From: Hyaloraphidium curvatum SAG 235-1
Taxonomy: Eukaryota > Fungi > Monoblepharomycota
Direction of reading: 5' to 3'
DNA length: 64,000 nt
Assembly (NCBI GenBank): GCA_025558095.1
Contig: JAIVFI010000034.1
Location: forward strand, 248,001-312,000
A program made the position numbers and the translations under genes. Positions within the stretch are counted from its first letter, which is position 1; each line of letters starts with the position of its first letter. The notes under the pieces were generated by a model. It was not told the DNA's origin and ran no database searches. It saw only the letters and a program-made list of their open reading frames with translations. Shown here in pieces: positions 42,537-54,024 of this stretch.

Positions 42537-43687
42537 ATGTCGTTCGACAGAGAAATTGCGACCGAGTTCGTTGACCCGCGGCGGCCTCTGCTCGCCGGGA
42601 TTCCTGCGGCCCCTCCGGCGGGAACGCGGTACTTCCGTCTCCCTGCCGTCACGAAGGACTGGGTCATAAGGGAGGCCCCCAACGGCGGCTGGCTGCTCTG
42701 TGTGATCCTCGATGGCGTCATGCGGGACTTGCAGATGGGCGATCCGGACCTGGAGGCCGAATATGGCCTCGTTCTGCCCGAGGGGGATTCGCGGCGTCGC
42801 TTCCCGGACCCCATCGAATGCTCGGCAACGTACCTGAATGTTTCCAAGATGAGTCTGCCGGCGTACGTCGAAGTGAAGCGGCTCCGCGTGGGCGGCAAGA
42901 TGGCGACCGTGGACGCGACGCTGTGGCAGGATCAGCGGACGGCCGCGAAGCCCGATGTGCCTCATCCCGTGCTGGTCGTCAAGGCGACCGTGACTTTTGG
43001 GGATTTGACCAAGGAAACGGGCCCGTCCCACACGACGGACGGCGATTTCCCCCGGATTGCGCCGCTGGAGGACTGCCGGAAGACGCCGTCGCTGTCCAAC
43101 CCCGGCCGCTTCGGAAAGCCGGACAACCCGATCAAGGCAAGAAAAGGTAGGTTACCTGGCTCTTGACCAATGATATGGTCTGCTCACCTTCGAGTCACAG
43201 TTATCGACTACCTCGAGGTCTACAGCGACCCGAGAACACAGTCAGAGAACTGGCAGAGGACCGAGCGCCTGGACTGGGCGCGGTTCCGCGATCGGGATCA
43301 GAAGCTAACCAGCCTTTCGTTGGGTTTCTGGTGTGATTCGTATCTCCCTCCCCCGGTCGGCCTCGGCTACATGCCGGGCGAGTACTGGTGAGGCGGCTTT
43401 GCTGACGACTGCGCCCCGTTTTCTGATCCCTTTTGATCCCAACCAGGTTCCCGACGATGCATTACGCCGTTTTCTGGAAACGGCGGCCGCGCCCGGACAC
43501 GCAGTGGCTCGTGACCCGCGGCCTCTCGCGGTGGATCATCAACGGCCGGTTCGACAACGCCTCGGAAGTCTGGGACGCAGACACGAAGGAGATTCTGGCC
43601 ATCTCGCTGCAGACGCAGCAGGTTTCGTCGGCGGCCAAGCAGACCCGGGGCGCGGTGACTGCCGCGGGGAAGGTTCCTAAGCTATAG
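42537..43687 (+). CDS. Double hot-dog thioesterase-like protein with a PTS1-like C-terminus (PKL)
   Basis: [56 protein letters not shown]; two introns. Confidence 0.8.
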
Positions 43688-43747
43688 AGCGACAGTTGGA
43701 GAAGACCAAAATCGAGACATAGAGATCCGCAAGACAAGTCATTCCGG

Positions 43748-44668
43748 CTACATCTTCGACAGCAGCACGACCTGGTCGCAGCCGGGGTATTCGGGCAGGT
43801 TGAGCTCCCATTTCGCCGCAAACTCTCTGCGAAGTCGTCAGCGATTCCCCGTACGGGGCCGCGATCGCAGGAAACCCACGGCGGAATGAAGCGGCCTCCG
43901 AGATAGTGGTATCGCCCCTTCCACTCCCGGGAACCGAGCTTGGGCGCGGTGAGGGAGATGAGCATCTCCGGATCCCGAAGGCCGGTCGGGTGGATGTTGC
44001 CCTTTTCCACGTCCCAGCCGCTGGGAATGTCGATCGAAGCAATGGGGAGTGTCGGGGGTAGGGAATTGAGGACCTGCGACGGGAGACGGTCGACAACGTA
44101 GGCGGGAGACACCGACGGCAGTGTCCACCTTTAGCACGTGGTCGAACGGGGCCCGCAGGTCGCCCGCGAACGAGAACCCAAACACCGCATCGAGAACCAG
44201 GTCCGCATCCTTGACCTGCTCCTCCAGCGCGTCCACGAACGGCACCTTGAGCGTGCCGAGCTGCTTCACGAGCCCCTTGAAGATCTCGGTCTTGCCCTGC
44301 TTGGGGTAGAAAACCCGCGGCTTGTAGCCCCAGTGGAAGAGGTGCCTCGCCGCGACCAGGCCATCTCCTCCGTTGTTTCCCGGTCCCGCGCAGACGAGCA
44401 CGCGCGCGTGGGTTTGCGGCGGGTAAGCCTTGAACACCGCCTGCGCGCAGCTCAGGCCCGCTGGACGGGCATCAGACGCGCCGTGCGGGCTGCAAAGATG
44501 CCCGCACCGAGCTCCATGAGCTGTTCCAGGGCGAATCCGCCGATCGTGGGGTCCATGAGCTCCTCGTCGATCTTGGCAGCGAGCTTCGCTCCGATGTACT
44601 GCGGGAGACGCGTCAGCGCCGCGTCCGGTCCGTGATCGCAGATAGAAGCGTACCCGGAGTGTCGCCAT
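43748..44668 (-). CDS. NNR1: NAD(P)H-hydrate epimerase (YjeF N-terminal)
   Basis: [68 protein letters not shown]. Confidence 0.93.
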
Positions 44669-44769
44669 GTTTCGCTTTCAGCAGCCGAAGCCCGCGAGAC
44701 CAGATGCGAAACGGAGATCGGATTTGCCGCGCGACCGGTCGTCCCAAACAACTGCAAACAGTCCTCGAG

Positions 44770-46432
44770 ATGGCCGACGAAGAGCCCTCGTGCGGCACCG
44801 CGGGCCCCGCACGACGCGTAAAAGGCGAGCTATTTATGGCAGTTTCTCCGCCTACGGATTCTGATACGGCTTCCCTCCCCAGCCAAGGGCGATCCGAACC
44901 TCTGCGTGCGTCCCGCCTTCTCGCACGCCTTTCCCCCCGCTGACCCGCCAACGCAGTCCAAATGCCGCTCCGCCAAACCCACCTCCGTCCTCCGTGGCGA
45001 GCGCTGGTGCGGCCCGTGCCTCGAATCCGCCGTCCGCTTCCGCTTCTCGGTCTGCACTTCGCGCCTCCGGCCCCCTCCCGGCTCCGCCGCCTTGCTCGCC
45101 TTCTCGGGCGGCCCGGCGTCGACGGCCCTGCTCTCGCTGGCGCAGCATTTGGCGAGAGAGGAGGGCAGGAAGCCGGCCAAGTTCGCGAGGATGGCCGTGT
45201 GCCACGTGGACGAGGCGGCGGTGCTGCCGCTGGAGGAGTTCGGGGTGCTGCCGGACGAGCTGCGGGCGGCGGTCGAGGCGGCGGTGGCGACGGATGAGAG
45301 GGTGAGTTTCGTGAGGGTGGGGTTGGAGGAGATTTTCAAGGAGGTGGATGGTGTGGAGGCGGTCGCGGCCGGGTTGGAGGGGCTGTCGGTCAACGGTGGT
45401 GGGTCACCGCGTTGGGCCCTTTCTTATTCGTTCTGACGGCCGAGCGCTGAACGTTCAGGCAATGACGCGGACGGCAAGCCGCCGACTGGCACGCTTTCGC
45501 CCCGCGAGCGCCTCGTCGCTCTCTTTTCCCGGCTCGACGGCCGGCTGAGCTCCAAGGAGGACCTCCTCCACCACTTCCGCACCGCGCTCCTGGCCCGCAC
45601 AGCCCGCCGCCTGGGCTGCAGCCACGTCTTTCTGGGCGACAGCAGCGGCCGCATCGCCGTGCGCGCGCTCTCGCTGACCATCAAGGGCCGCGGCGAACGG
45701 ATGCCCCTGGACGTGGCGGCCGAGTCGCGCCCCTTCCCCGGACTCACCTTCCTGCGGCCGCTCCGCGACGTGCTGCCGGACGAGATCGCGGCTTTCAACC
45801 GCTTCCGCAGGCTCGAGCCCGTCGCCGTTCCCGGGGTCGCCTCGGCGATGCCCTTCAAGGCCAGCATCGACCGGCTGACGGAGCACCTCGTCGTCGGGCT
45901 GCAGGCCGAGTTCCCGGCGACGACGGGGGCGGTGTACAAGACGGCGTACAAGGTGGACACGCTGACGACAAGGGGGAAGCTGGTGCGGTACGGGCCGTCG
46001 GGGAGGGAGCAGGCGGTGCCCGTCGCGGGGAGCTTCCCGGCGTGCGCGCTGTGCTTGGGGGATGTGCACCCGGGAGACTACGGGTGGAGGAGGGACAGGA
46101 CGGTGGAGTCGCTGGACCAGATCGGTACAGGTCCTGCCGCGGATGGGGAGGCGCACGAGGGCAACGGACATCAGGCTGGAGCGCGAGGAGAACCGGCACA
46201 CGCCCCCGACGACCCCGGAGATCTGTTCAGGGACCTATGCTACGCCTGCCAGAACATTGCGCGGGACCTGGCGGCGTCGGCGGTGCCAGGCAGGCGCGAT
46301 CTGCGCCACTCCGAGAGTGCGGCGGCGGTAGCCGCCATGGACCTGCCCCCGCACTCTGCCGCGGCAATTGCGGCCAACAGGGCCAAGATGAGGGCGGCCG
46401 TAGCCGAGTTTCTTCTGGAGGATGATGCGTGA
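44770..46432 (+). CDS. NCS2: Cytoplasmic tRNA 2-thiolation protein 2
   Basis: N-terminal Cys motifs, LLAFSGGPASTALL, KEDLL, LGDSSGRIA..L....KGRG, RPLRDV, FPAT, CALC, LCYAC; divergent from NNR1 with 101 nt between start codons. Confidence 0.85.
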
Positions 46433-47602
46433 TGCGGGCCGTGGAGGGGGGGAGATCTGTAGTGGGGCTGTATTAGCAAACCGGACTTTCTAACCGATGT
46501 CGACCTAACAACCAGATAGGTGACCCGGCCGTGCTTTGTTTTTGGTGAAAGACCGTTCCATCCAGGCCATGGCGTTTTTGCAAAGCAGTATTTCGTAGTG
46601 TCCGGATTGTGTCCGGAGGCTTTGTAAATACACACACGTGGCGCCGCTTACGTGGCGCTCGTCGCAAGAACTACAAAAGCGGCGCCCGGGTGAATCGCCC
46701 GCGGACACCATCACCCACAACTCGGCCCCTTTGCTCCCCAGCATAGAGCGATGCGGGCCCGCAAGCGCAAGAAAAGCTTCCCGGTCGCGCTCTCGCTGTT
46801 GGGGGCGCTGTCCTGGTGGGAGCGCGAGCGCCGCGTGTGCCCCGTCCCCGTCGCCTTCTCACGGCGTCTTTCGACAGTGCCGTCAGGCACAGGAGCCTCA
46901 TCCACGACGGCCGTGCTCTCGGCTCATTGAGAGAAGTAGGTCTCACGGGGTCGCGCCGGAACGACACACCGACCTGACCATTCTCCAGCACCCATCTTCT
47001 CTTCTTTTTTTCGCTTCTTTCTTTCTGTTACCGGCTGCAACGACGGAGGGGCGACGAGCGCACGGGCGCTGCGCGGCGCCGAGGGCCGGAGACCGCCGAT
47101 CGACTCGAGCTGGACTCCACGTGCATCCTCTTGCACCCCTTGGCATTGCGCGCAACTGTGGGGCTCGGAGCTCCATCAAGCCTACCTGCATGTGCACTAT
47201 CCTGCCCGTCGCCCATGGATCTCCAACGTTGCCTTGGTGGTGAAACAACGTGTGGGTGCAAGCCTGCATTCGCCCTGCGAGCGTGCCGGCCAACGCCTTG
47301 CAGATTGATCTGGAGAATTCGTGGGCAGGGAAGGGATATCAGGTGGCAAGTCGTTGATGACAGTAGCCAGAAAACTAGTAGCGGCGTCGAGACCGTCGAG
47401 TACGGATTTCGGATGTAGCCGCACTAGTTCGCCGCAAGACTCCAAAAGGACCGTCCGCTTTTCAGCCGGCCGAGCGAGCGCCGGGCAGCCCGGGCGTTCT
47501 GCGGCGGCCGGCAGCTCTCAGCCGCGTGCCCAGGCCCTGTGGCCGGGAGCGGGGGCGCCGTCCCGGTGCTGATTGCGCCGCGGGGTCCGCGCGCGCGCGG
47601 GG

Positions 47603-49048
47603 ATGGGCGACCTTCCCCCCGCCGCCGCGTCTCCCGCCGAGCCTCCTCCCGTCGAAGAACGGGAGTTCGACGCGCGGAGGGATTTGCGGCCCGCGCAGGC
47701 GGCGCTTTGGTTCCGCTACGGCCGCGAGCGCGCCGACCTGCCGCCCAACGCGCTGCTCGTGCTGCTCGAGCGCTGCAAGTGGGACACGAAGGCCGTCGAC
47801 TACGAGCTCAACTTCCTGCACCCGCGCCCGTTCGCGCCGCCGCCATGCGACTTCACCGAGCCGTGGGACCCGCCGGGCCGCCCGCCGCCGTACCACTCGA
47901 CCGCCGGCAGGCTGCACATCAACGGCGAGCTGGTGCGGCCGACGCTGCTGCCCAGGGCGCCGTTCGCGCTGGGCGGCCCGCCGGACCCGGCGCAGGGGCC
48001 CGTGGGGCCGAGGCCGCGCGTGGCCACGGGGCCCGCGATGCCCGCCGGGCAGTGGGACCCCGGCACGCCGGCGGCACCGCAAAACGGCTTCGCCGACGGA
48101 CCAGATAGCGGCAGCCCCGACGGAGCGGGCGTGCCGGACTCGCCCGGCTTCCAGCGGCCGCCGTCGGCCGTCGGGGGCACGCTGCCCATCATCCGGACAA
48201 TCCTGCGCCCCCCGGGCTACCCGAAACCAAAGGCGCGGGGCGTGACGAAGCTGGTCGGCGAGAACGGGGAGGCCGTGCGGGGCGCGTGCGACAACTGCCG
48301 GCGGGCGAGCAAAAAGTGCGACCGCGGGCGGCCTTGCGGGCGCTGCGTCCGTGGGTTGCTTTCGGTGAAGCGGCCTGCTCCGCTTCCTGATCTTTCCGCG
48401 CCGCTTAGGCTACAAATACCCCTCCTGCAACGACCACGTCAAGTTCCCCACCGCCACCGCGGCCGCCGCGCCCTCCTCGCCCGGCTCCTCGGACCCGGAC
48501 GCCCCACCGAGCAAGCCGTTCGGTGCCCTCGACCCGAGCCAGCGGCCCGCCGTCTCCGAGGTCCGCGAGATGAACTACTCGGGCACCCGCGTGTACGAGA
48601 TGGTCGTCACGTGGGTCCCTTCTCCCCGCTCGCACGACGCCCGATTCCTAACCCTCCGCTCGCCGCAGCTTCCCCGACATCCCCCCCATCGGCGTCATGC
48701 GCCGCCCCGGCGACTCGTGGATCAACGCCACCCACATCCTGCAGGCCGCGCGCGTGGACAAGGGCCCGCGCACGCGCATCTTGACCCGGGACATCCAGAC
48801 GGGCGAGCACGAAAAGGTGCTGGGGGGATTCGGGAAGCACCAGGGGACGTGGTGGGTTTCCCTGTCGGCGCGCGCGGTGCGACATGGAGCTGACGTTTGT
48901 CGTGGCGCGTAGGATCCCGCTGCGGAGGGCGATCGAGCTGGCCAAGGAGTACGGCGTGGAGGAGCTGCTCAAGCCGCTGCTGATCGAGGACGAGAACCAG
49001 CTGCAGGTGCGGCGGGGCCCGGTGGCGGGAGGGGACGGGGATGCGTAG
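47603..49048 (+). CDS. Transcription factor: Zn2Cys6 binuclear cluster fused to an APSES/KilA-N (Mbp1/Swi4-type) DNA-binding domain
   Basis: Introns 48351-48408, 48611-48668, 48852-48912; spliced product contains [28 protein letters not shown] and [58 protein letters not shown]...LKPLL. Confidence 0.85.
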
Positions 49049-49196
49049 CTTTTGCACGGTGTTGCCTACGATACCTGGAGATCTGAATGAAAAGCCGAGG
49101 CTGTGAAGACGAGGATTCCTCTCGCGGACATCCTCGCGCGCGAACGCGTTCGATCGGGGTCAGGTCAACACCTCAAGTCGCTCCCACGCCGGCGCC

Positions 49197-50787
49197 ATGA
49201 GCGGCACGCAGCGGGCCATTGTCGAGCTCGGCGGGGAAAACTACCCCCTGCTGCTCAAGGACGTGGAATCCCTCTCCTTCGACTCGCTTGTCGACGCGAT
49301 CCGGAAGAAGGTCTCCCCGAAGGAAATCCCACAATCCGCGGTCTTTGCCTGCGTAGATAACACAGGCCGCGTTGTGCGGATCAAGGACGATGAAGATGTT
49401 TCGTACTTCCTCGCCGTCGCGCGGCTGCTCGAGGACAAGGGGCGGCAAGCCGTGCTCACCGTACGAATCAAGACGCCCGGCGCACCCACCCCCCCGCCGG
49501 ACCTCTCCGCAGGGCCGCGCGCGCGCTTGAGGGAGGCATCCAATTCGCCTTCGCCGCGGGGTTCGCCGACGCCGGCCTACGTGCCGTCGTACCGCGACCC
49601 GGGCGACGAGGGGGGAAACATCCACTTCGACCCCTCTTCGGACAGGGTGGTGGTGCTCTACGACGGGCACGGCGAGCCGGAGGGGGAGATTTCGCCGTTT
49701 ACGCCGCATCCGCCGTCGCCGATGAAGGCGGAGGGGCATGCGGGGGACGAGGAGGGCTGGGAGGACGAGGAAGAGGGCGGCGGGGAGGGAAAGGGCGACG
49801 GTGCGGGACGGACGACTTCGGACAACGCGAAGGACGGCGCCGCGCAGGGGACCCGGGGAAAGGGGAAGGGACGGCGCGGAGGAGCGCGGGCCGACGCGCC
49901 GGGCCAAGGGCACAAGGATGCCGCCGAGCCCAAGAAGCCGCAGGCCGGGCACGACGAGAAGCACGCCGTGGCGCAGCCGGCTCCCCGACCCGCCAAGCTG
50001 AGCAAGATACCCGAAATTATTCCGGACGGGGAGAACGGTTGGGGAGGCAGTGGCTACGACGTGGGTTCACCTTGAGCGGTGCAGGTCGTGTTCTGACATT
50101 CGTTTCGAGCAGGAGGCGCCCGCTCCCGCTGCTCGACCGCCCAACAGCGGTCCCCCAAAGAAGCCCAAGGAACGCGCACCCCCGAAACAACCCGCTCCCG
50201 CGCCGGCCCCGGCGTCCTCGACCCGCCGCATCGTCGTTCCCCCACCCGAAGACCAGCCCGCCAAGGTCCCCACGGCCCCCGTGCACTCCCCCAAGCTCAC
50301 ACGCCGGGAAGTCGACGAGCTGATGGCCGAGCGCCGCCGCCAGGCGCAGCTGCTGGAGGAGCGCCACGCGCTCGTGGAGCGGGACAAGGCCGAGGCGCTG
50401 GCGCGTGAGCGCGCGCACACGGAGCGGCAGAAGGAGGCCGCGGCCGAGGCCGACCGCCGGAAAAAGGAGGAGGAGGCGAGGCGGAAGGAGTCGCTGCGGG
50501 AGTGGGAGGAGCAGGAGGCCGAACGGCGCAAGAACATGGAGCGGAAGCTGCAGAAGATGGAGCTGCGGGAGTGGGACCTCGACAAGAAGAAGGAGACTCC
50601 ACCTGCCTCGCCGCGGGGAAGCGCAGAGCAGCGCGGCGGAGCCAGGGGTGCCCGCGGGCGCGGTGGACCGCCGAGCAAGGCGGGGCCATCGGGCGGCCGG
50701 CCAGCGGCACGGCCGGGGCAGGATCCGAACTGGGAGCCGCCGAGCGCCGAGGGCGCGAAGCCTTTGGTCGACGAGGGATGGAAATAA
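49197..50787 (+). CDS. Hypothetical protein: PB1-like N-terminal domain, disordered middle, coiled-coil C-terminus
   Basis: SFDSLVDAIRKK..VDNTGRVVRIKDDEDV resembles the PB1 acidic motif; intron 50061-50111; E/R/K-rich coiled coil. Confidence 0.6.
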
Positions 50788-50834
50788 GCTAGTCCTATTT
50801 GCTATTCACGGATGTACAGGCCGGTCTTGAATCC

Positions 50835-52510
50835 TCAGAGCTTTGGCCGAGTGATCGCCTTTCCGTCGCGCCAGTCCCATCCAAAGAGGAGGTCCTTGGC
50901 CACGTCCAGCCGGTCCTGGCCCCATACGAGGTCGTCGCCGATTTGGAAGGTGGGGAAGCCGCAGATCCCGCTGGCGACCGCGTCCGCGGTGTTCTTGCGC
51001 AGCAAATCGCCGGCGGCTTTCGAGTTGCCCCAGGCATCCGACGCCAGCTTTTGCCCGTCGTATCCGGCCTTCGTGAGGTACTGCACGAGCGGGTCCGAGC
51101 CCGGAGGCTTGTCGGCGATGGGCACGTTGTCGGCCCAGCACGCTTTGACTGCGCAGGAAAGCCATGTGAGATGTTTTGCGTGGAGGGCGCGCGCATGGCA
51201 CACATACAAATGACGTTGCAAAGCTTCATCACCTCCGCATCTGACCAGTTGTTGGCGATCGCCGCGCATACGATGCGCAGCGCCAGCGGGGTGCGCAGGG
51301 GGAAGTGGTCATTCCTGGAAGCGGCCGTTCGGTCAAAGTTGCGCAGACTTCTGGTACAGCGGAGAACTTGCCAATGGAACGGAACTGGGTTCGGGGCCTT
51401 TCCGCCGGCGTAGGGAAGCGTTGACCACTGACAACAAGAGTTCAACCGGCATCTTGACTTTCTGGCGGGTGGATTCGACCCACGTATTCGGCCCAACGCT
51501 TCAGCTCGACCTGCTGCCACTCCTGCCTCGCCTTGCTCGCCACAGCAGTGGGCACGATCGGGGTTCCGATCTCCTTGAACACGATCCCGAGCAAAGTAGG
51601 CTTCATCACGATCTTGAGGTTCGTGCCGGCCTCCGCTTGGATCCGCGGCAGCTGCGTGAAGCCAAGATACGTCCATGGGGAAGAGAAATCGAACCAAACT
51701 GTCAAGGTCGTGGGGAGGGAAAGGGGGCCGCGTGCGATGCGGGGCATGTGCACGGGAGCAGGCAGGTTGGCGTTGGAACGAAGCGCGGATTCGACAAACT
51801 GGGATGCTTGCGGTGAGAATAACCACGATGGAACGCATGTGGCGCGCTCACGTGGAGACGGTCCTGACCGAGGAAAACCTTGCCGCCATTTGCAAACCCG
51901 ACGCCCTTTGCTTCCACTTTCAGCGAAGGGTCCGGAACCCAGAATGCGGGCACGCTCAGTCCCCTCAGGCCGTTGACAAAGTCTTCCGTCGCCCTCTCAA
52001 GCAGGCCCTCCGCGACCGAGTCGTCCTGGACCGCCTTTTCGACCTCGTCCTCCTTCAGGATACCCGCAGCCATCCGCTTCAGGACCGCGACGTCTCCGAC
52101 GTCCACGAAAGAGGAGTGCAGAGCTTGAAAGATCCCCTGGGTCAGCCGCATCCTCCCGGAATCGTCCGGCGCCGCATGGAGAACCCGGAGCGCGCGTTCG
52201 GTGCTTCCAACATCGTTCCGGAGCTCCAGATTCCATCGCGCAGCGTAGCGGTCGATGTCCGATTGGAGGACGTTGGCTTTGTTGCCAGTAAACTTCGGAG
52301 CCGGAGGCGCCGAGGTGAGCTTGGCGACAAGGGCGGGAGACACGGGTTGCAGGCTCAACGTCGAGCCCGTACGGGCAACAACATCAAGAACCCTGACAAA
52401 AGCCAGGTATGACTGCGCCGAGAGATCAAAGTAGAGGGCGACTGCCGTGGAACGTGTCAGAAGTGTCTCCCCTTGCGGACAAACGTCTCCCCACCGTGAT
52501 TCAGGTTCAT
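50835..52510 (-). CDS. Tandem two-domain GST-kappa / 2-hydroxychromene-2-carboxylate isomerase (DsbA-like) protein with PTS1-like PKL
   Basis: Domain 1 ALYFDLSAQSY...GLSVPAFWV...FLGQDRL; domain 2 WFDFSSPWTY...GICGFPTF...VWGQDRL; ends RPKL*. Confidence 0.85.
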
Positions 52511-52779
52511 TTCCAGAGTAATTTCCAAGAAAACGATGAGGAGTTTCAGCAGACTCGCGTTTACGATCTCTGACGCAACGATGCCGCGCTCTCGGGCCCG
52601 CGTTCAGCCGCGAAGCGGAGTTGGCCGGAGCGCGCGCTCGATCCGATCGCAGTGCCGCACCCCGCCCTCAAAGCAGCATCGTGTGCCGCGCCTCTCATCA
52701 GCCAATTCGAGCGGCTCTCCAAAGGCAGCGTGCCCTTCAATCTAGCGGGATCTTGGCTGCTCGCCTCGAGGCACGCGGG

Positions 52780-53837
52780 ATGCCTTCGATATTCACGGGC
52801 ATCTTGAGCTCGGCCCCGCTCTACACCGTCTCCGTGACTGCAGCCTCGCTCTACTTCCTCCGCTCGAGGCTGCTCTCTTCTCCGCCCTCTCCGCTCCCAT
52901 CGATTCGGGGTTCGCCCCTCCTCACCGCTTTTGCCATCGACGCGGGTATACAAGCTGCCTTCTACGTCCATGCTCTGCTTTCGGGGAAGACTGAGGTCTG
53001 TTCCGCCAGCTACTGAAGAGAGCAGTATCTAACTCCGATGCAGAAATACTATGATCTCTCTGGATCGTTGACGTACCTTTCGGTCTTCGGGTACACGCTC
53101 TTGTCGCGCGGGGGCTACGACGCGCGCCGCGGGTTCGCCACCATCGCCGGCTGCCTGTGGGCATCTCGCTTGGGCGGCTATTTGTACGAGAGAATAGTCC
53201 GCGAGGGCAAGGATGAGCGATTCGACAAGCTCAAGAGCTCCGCGGCTCGCTTCGCGATCCCGTGGGCGATGCAAGCCGTCTGGGTCGGGCTCGTCGGCGC
53301 CCCCGTGCTTTTGATCAACACTCTGCCGGCCGCGGGACGCCTGGTTCTCACCGACTACGTCGGTCGGGCGCTTTGGGTCGGCGGGTTCTTGATAGAGGCG
53401 ATCTCAGACCGGCAGAAGGACGTTGCCAAGCGCGAAAAGCCGAAAGACTTCGTGCAGACGGGATTGTGGAGCATCTCGCGGCACCCCAACGTGGGCATCG
53501 TGATAGCGATATGGTGCAACTGCCTGACATTCGCTCCAGTACCTTGGCGAGATCATGCTCCAGACAGGCCTCTTTGTCGCCTCGATCTCCTCTTTGTCGA
53601 AGCCATGGCACTTCGCACTGTCAGCAGCGTCGCCACTCTTCTCGTGGTTTCTCCTGACCCGGGTGTCGGGTATCCCTATGCTCGAGCCGGAAGCAAAGAA
53701 GAAGTACGGTGCCGCGTGGGCTGCGTACTGCGAAAAGGTGAGACACCGCTTCGAAACGAGTATCCATCCGCTGACGGGAGCGGTAGGTCCCGGAGCTCTG
53801 GCCGTGGAGCAAGGCGGGTCCTTACAAGGCGTCTTGA
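52780..53837 (+). CDS. DUF1295 / steroid 5-alpha-reductase-like membrane protein
   Basis: EKYYDLSGSLTY, WASRLGGYL, KDERFD, EAISDRQK, TGLWSISRHPN|YLGE, SGIPMLE. Confidence 0.9.
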
Positions 53838-54024
53838 GCTCATGCATGTTCTACATCAGTTGCCGAGTTGAATCGAGCACTTGATGATGCCACATGGGTC
53901 GGATTGGAGCCGATACAGTCCCCAGAAAGCCCAGGGAGCTTTGGGTGAGCAGGGTGTGGGGGGAGGGAGGGCGCAGCATCAGCAGTCCCCTGAAAAGATC
54001 CCTCACTCCTCCATCGCCGTCGTG

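Noticed and set aside
46433-47600. Lower-GC intergenic stretch with paired ACGTGGCG motifs (about 46636-46657); possible ncRNA or TE remnant
   Set aside because: No terminal repeats, transposase fragments or recognisable RNA structure; most likely the promoter region of the Zn2Cys6-KilA-N gene
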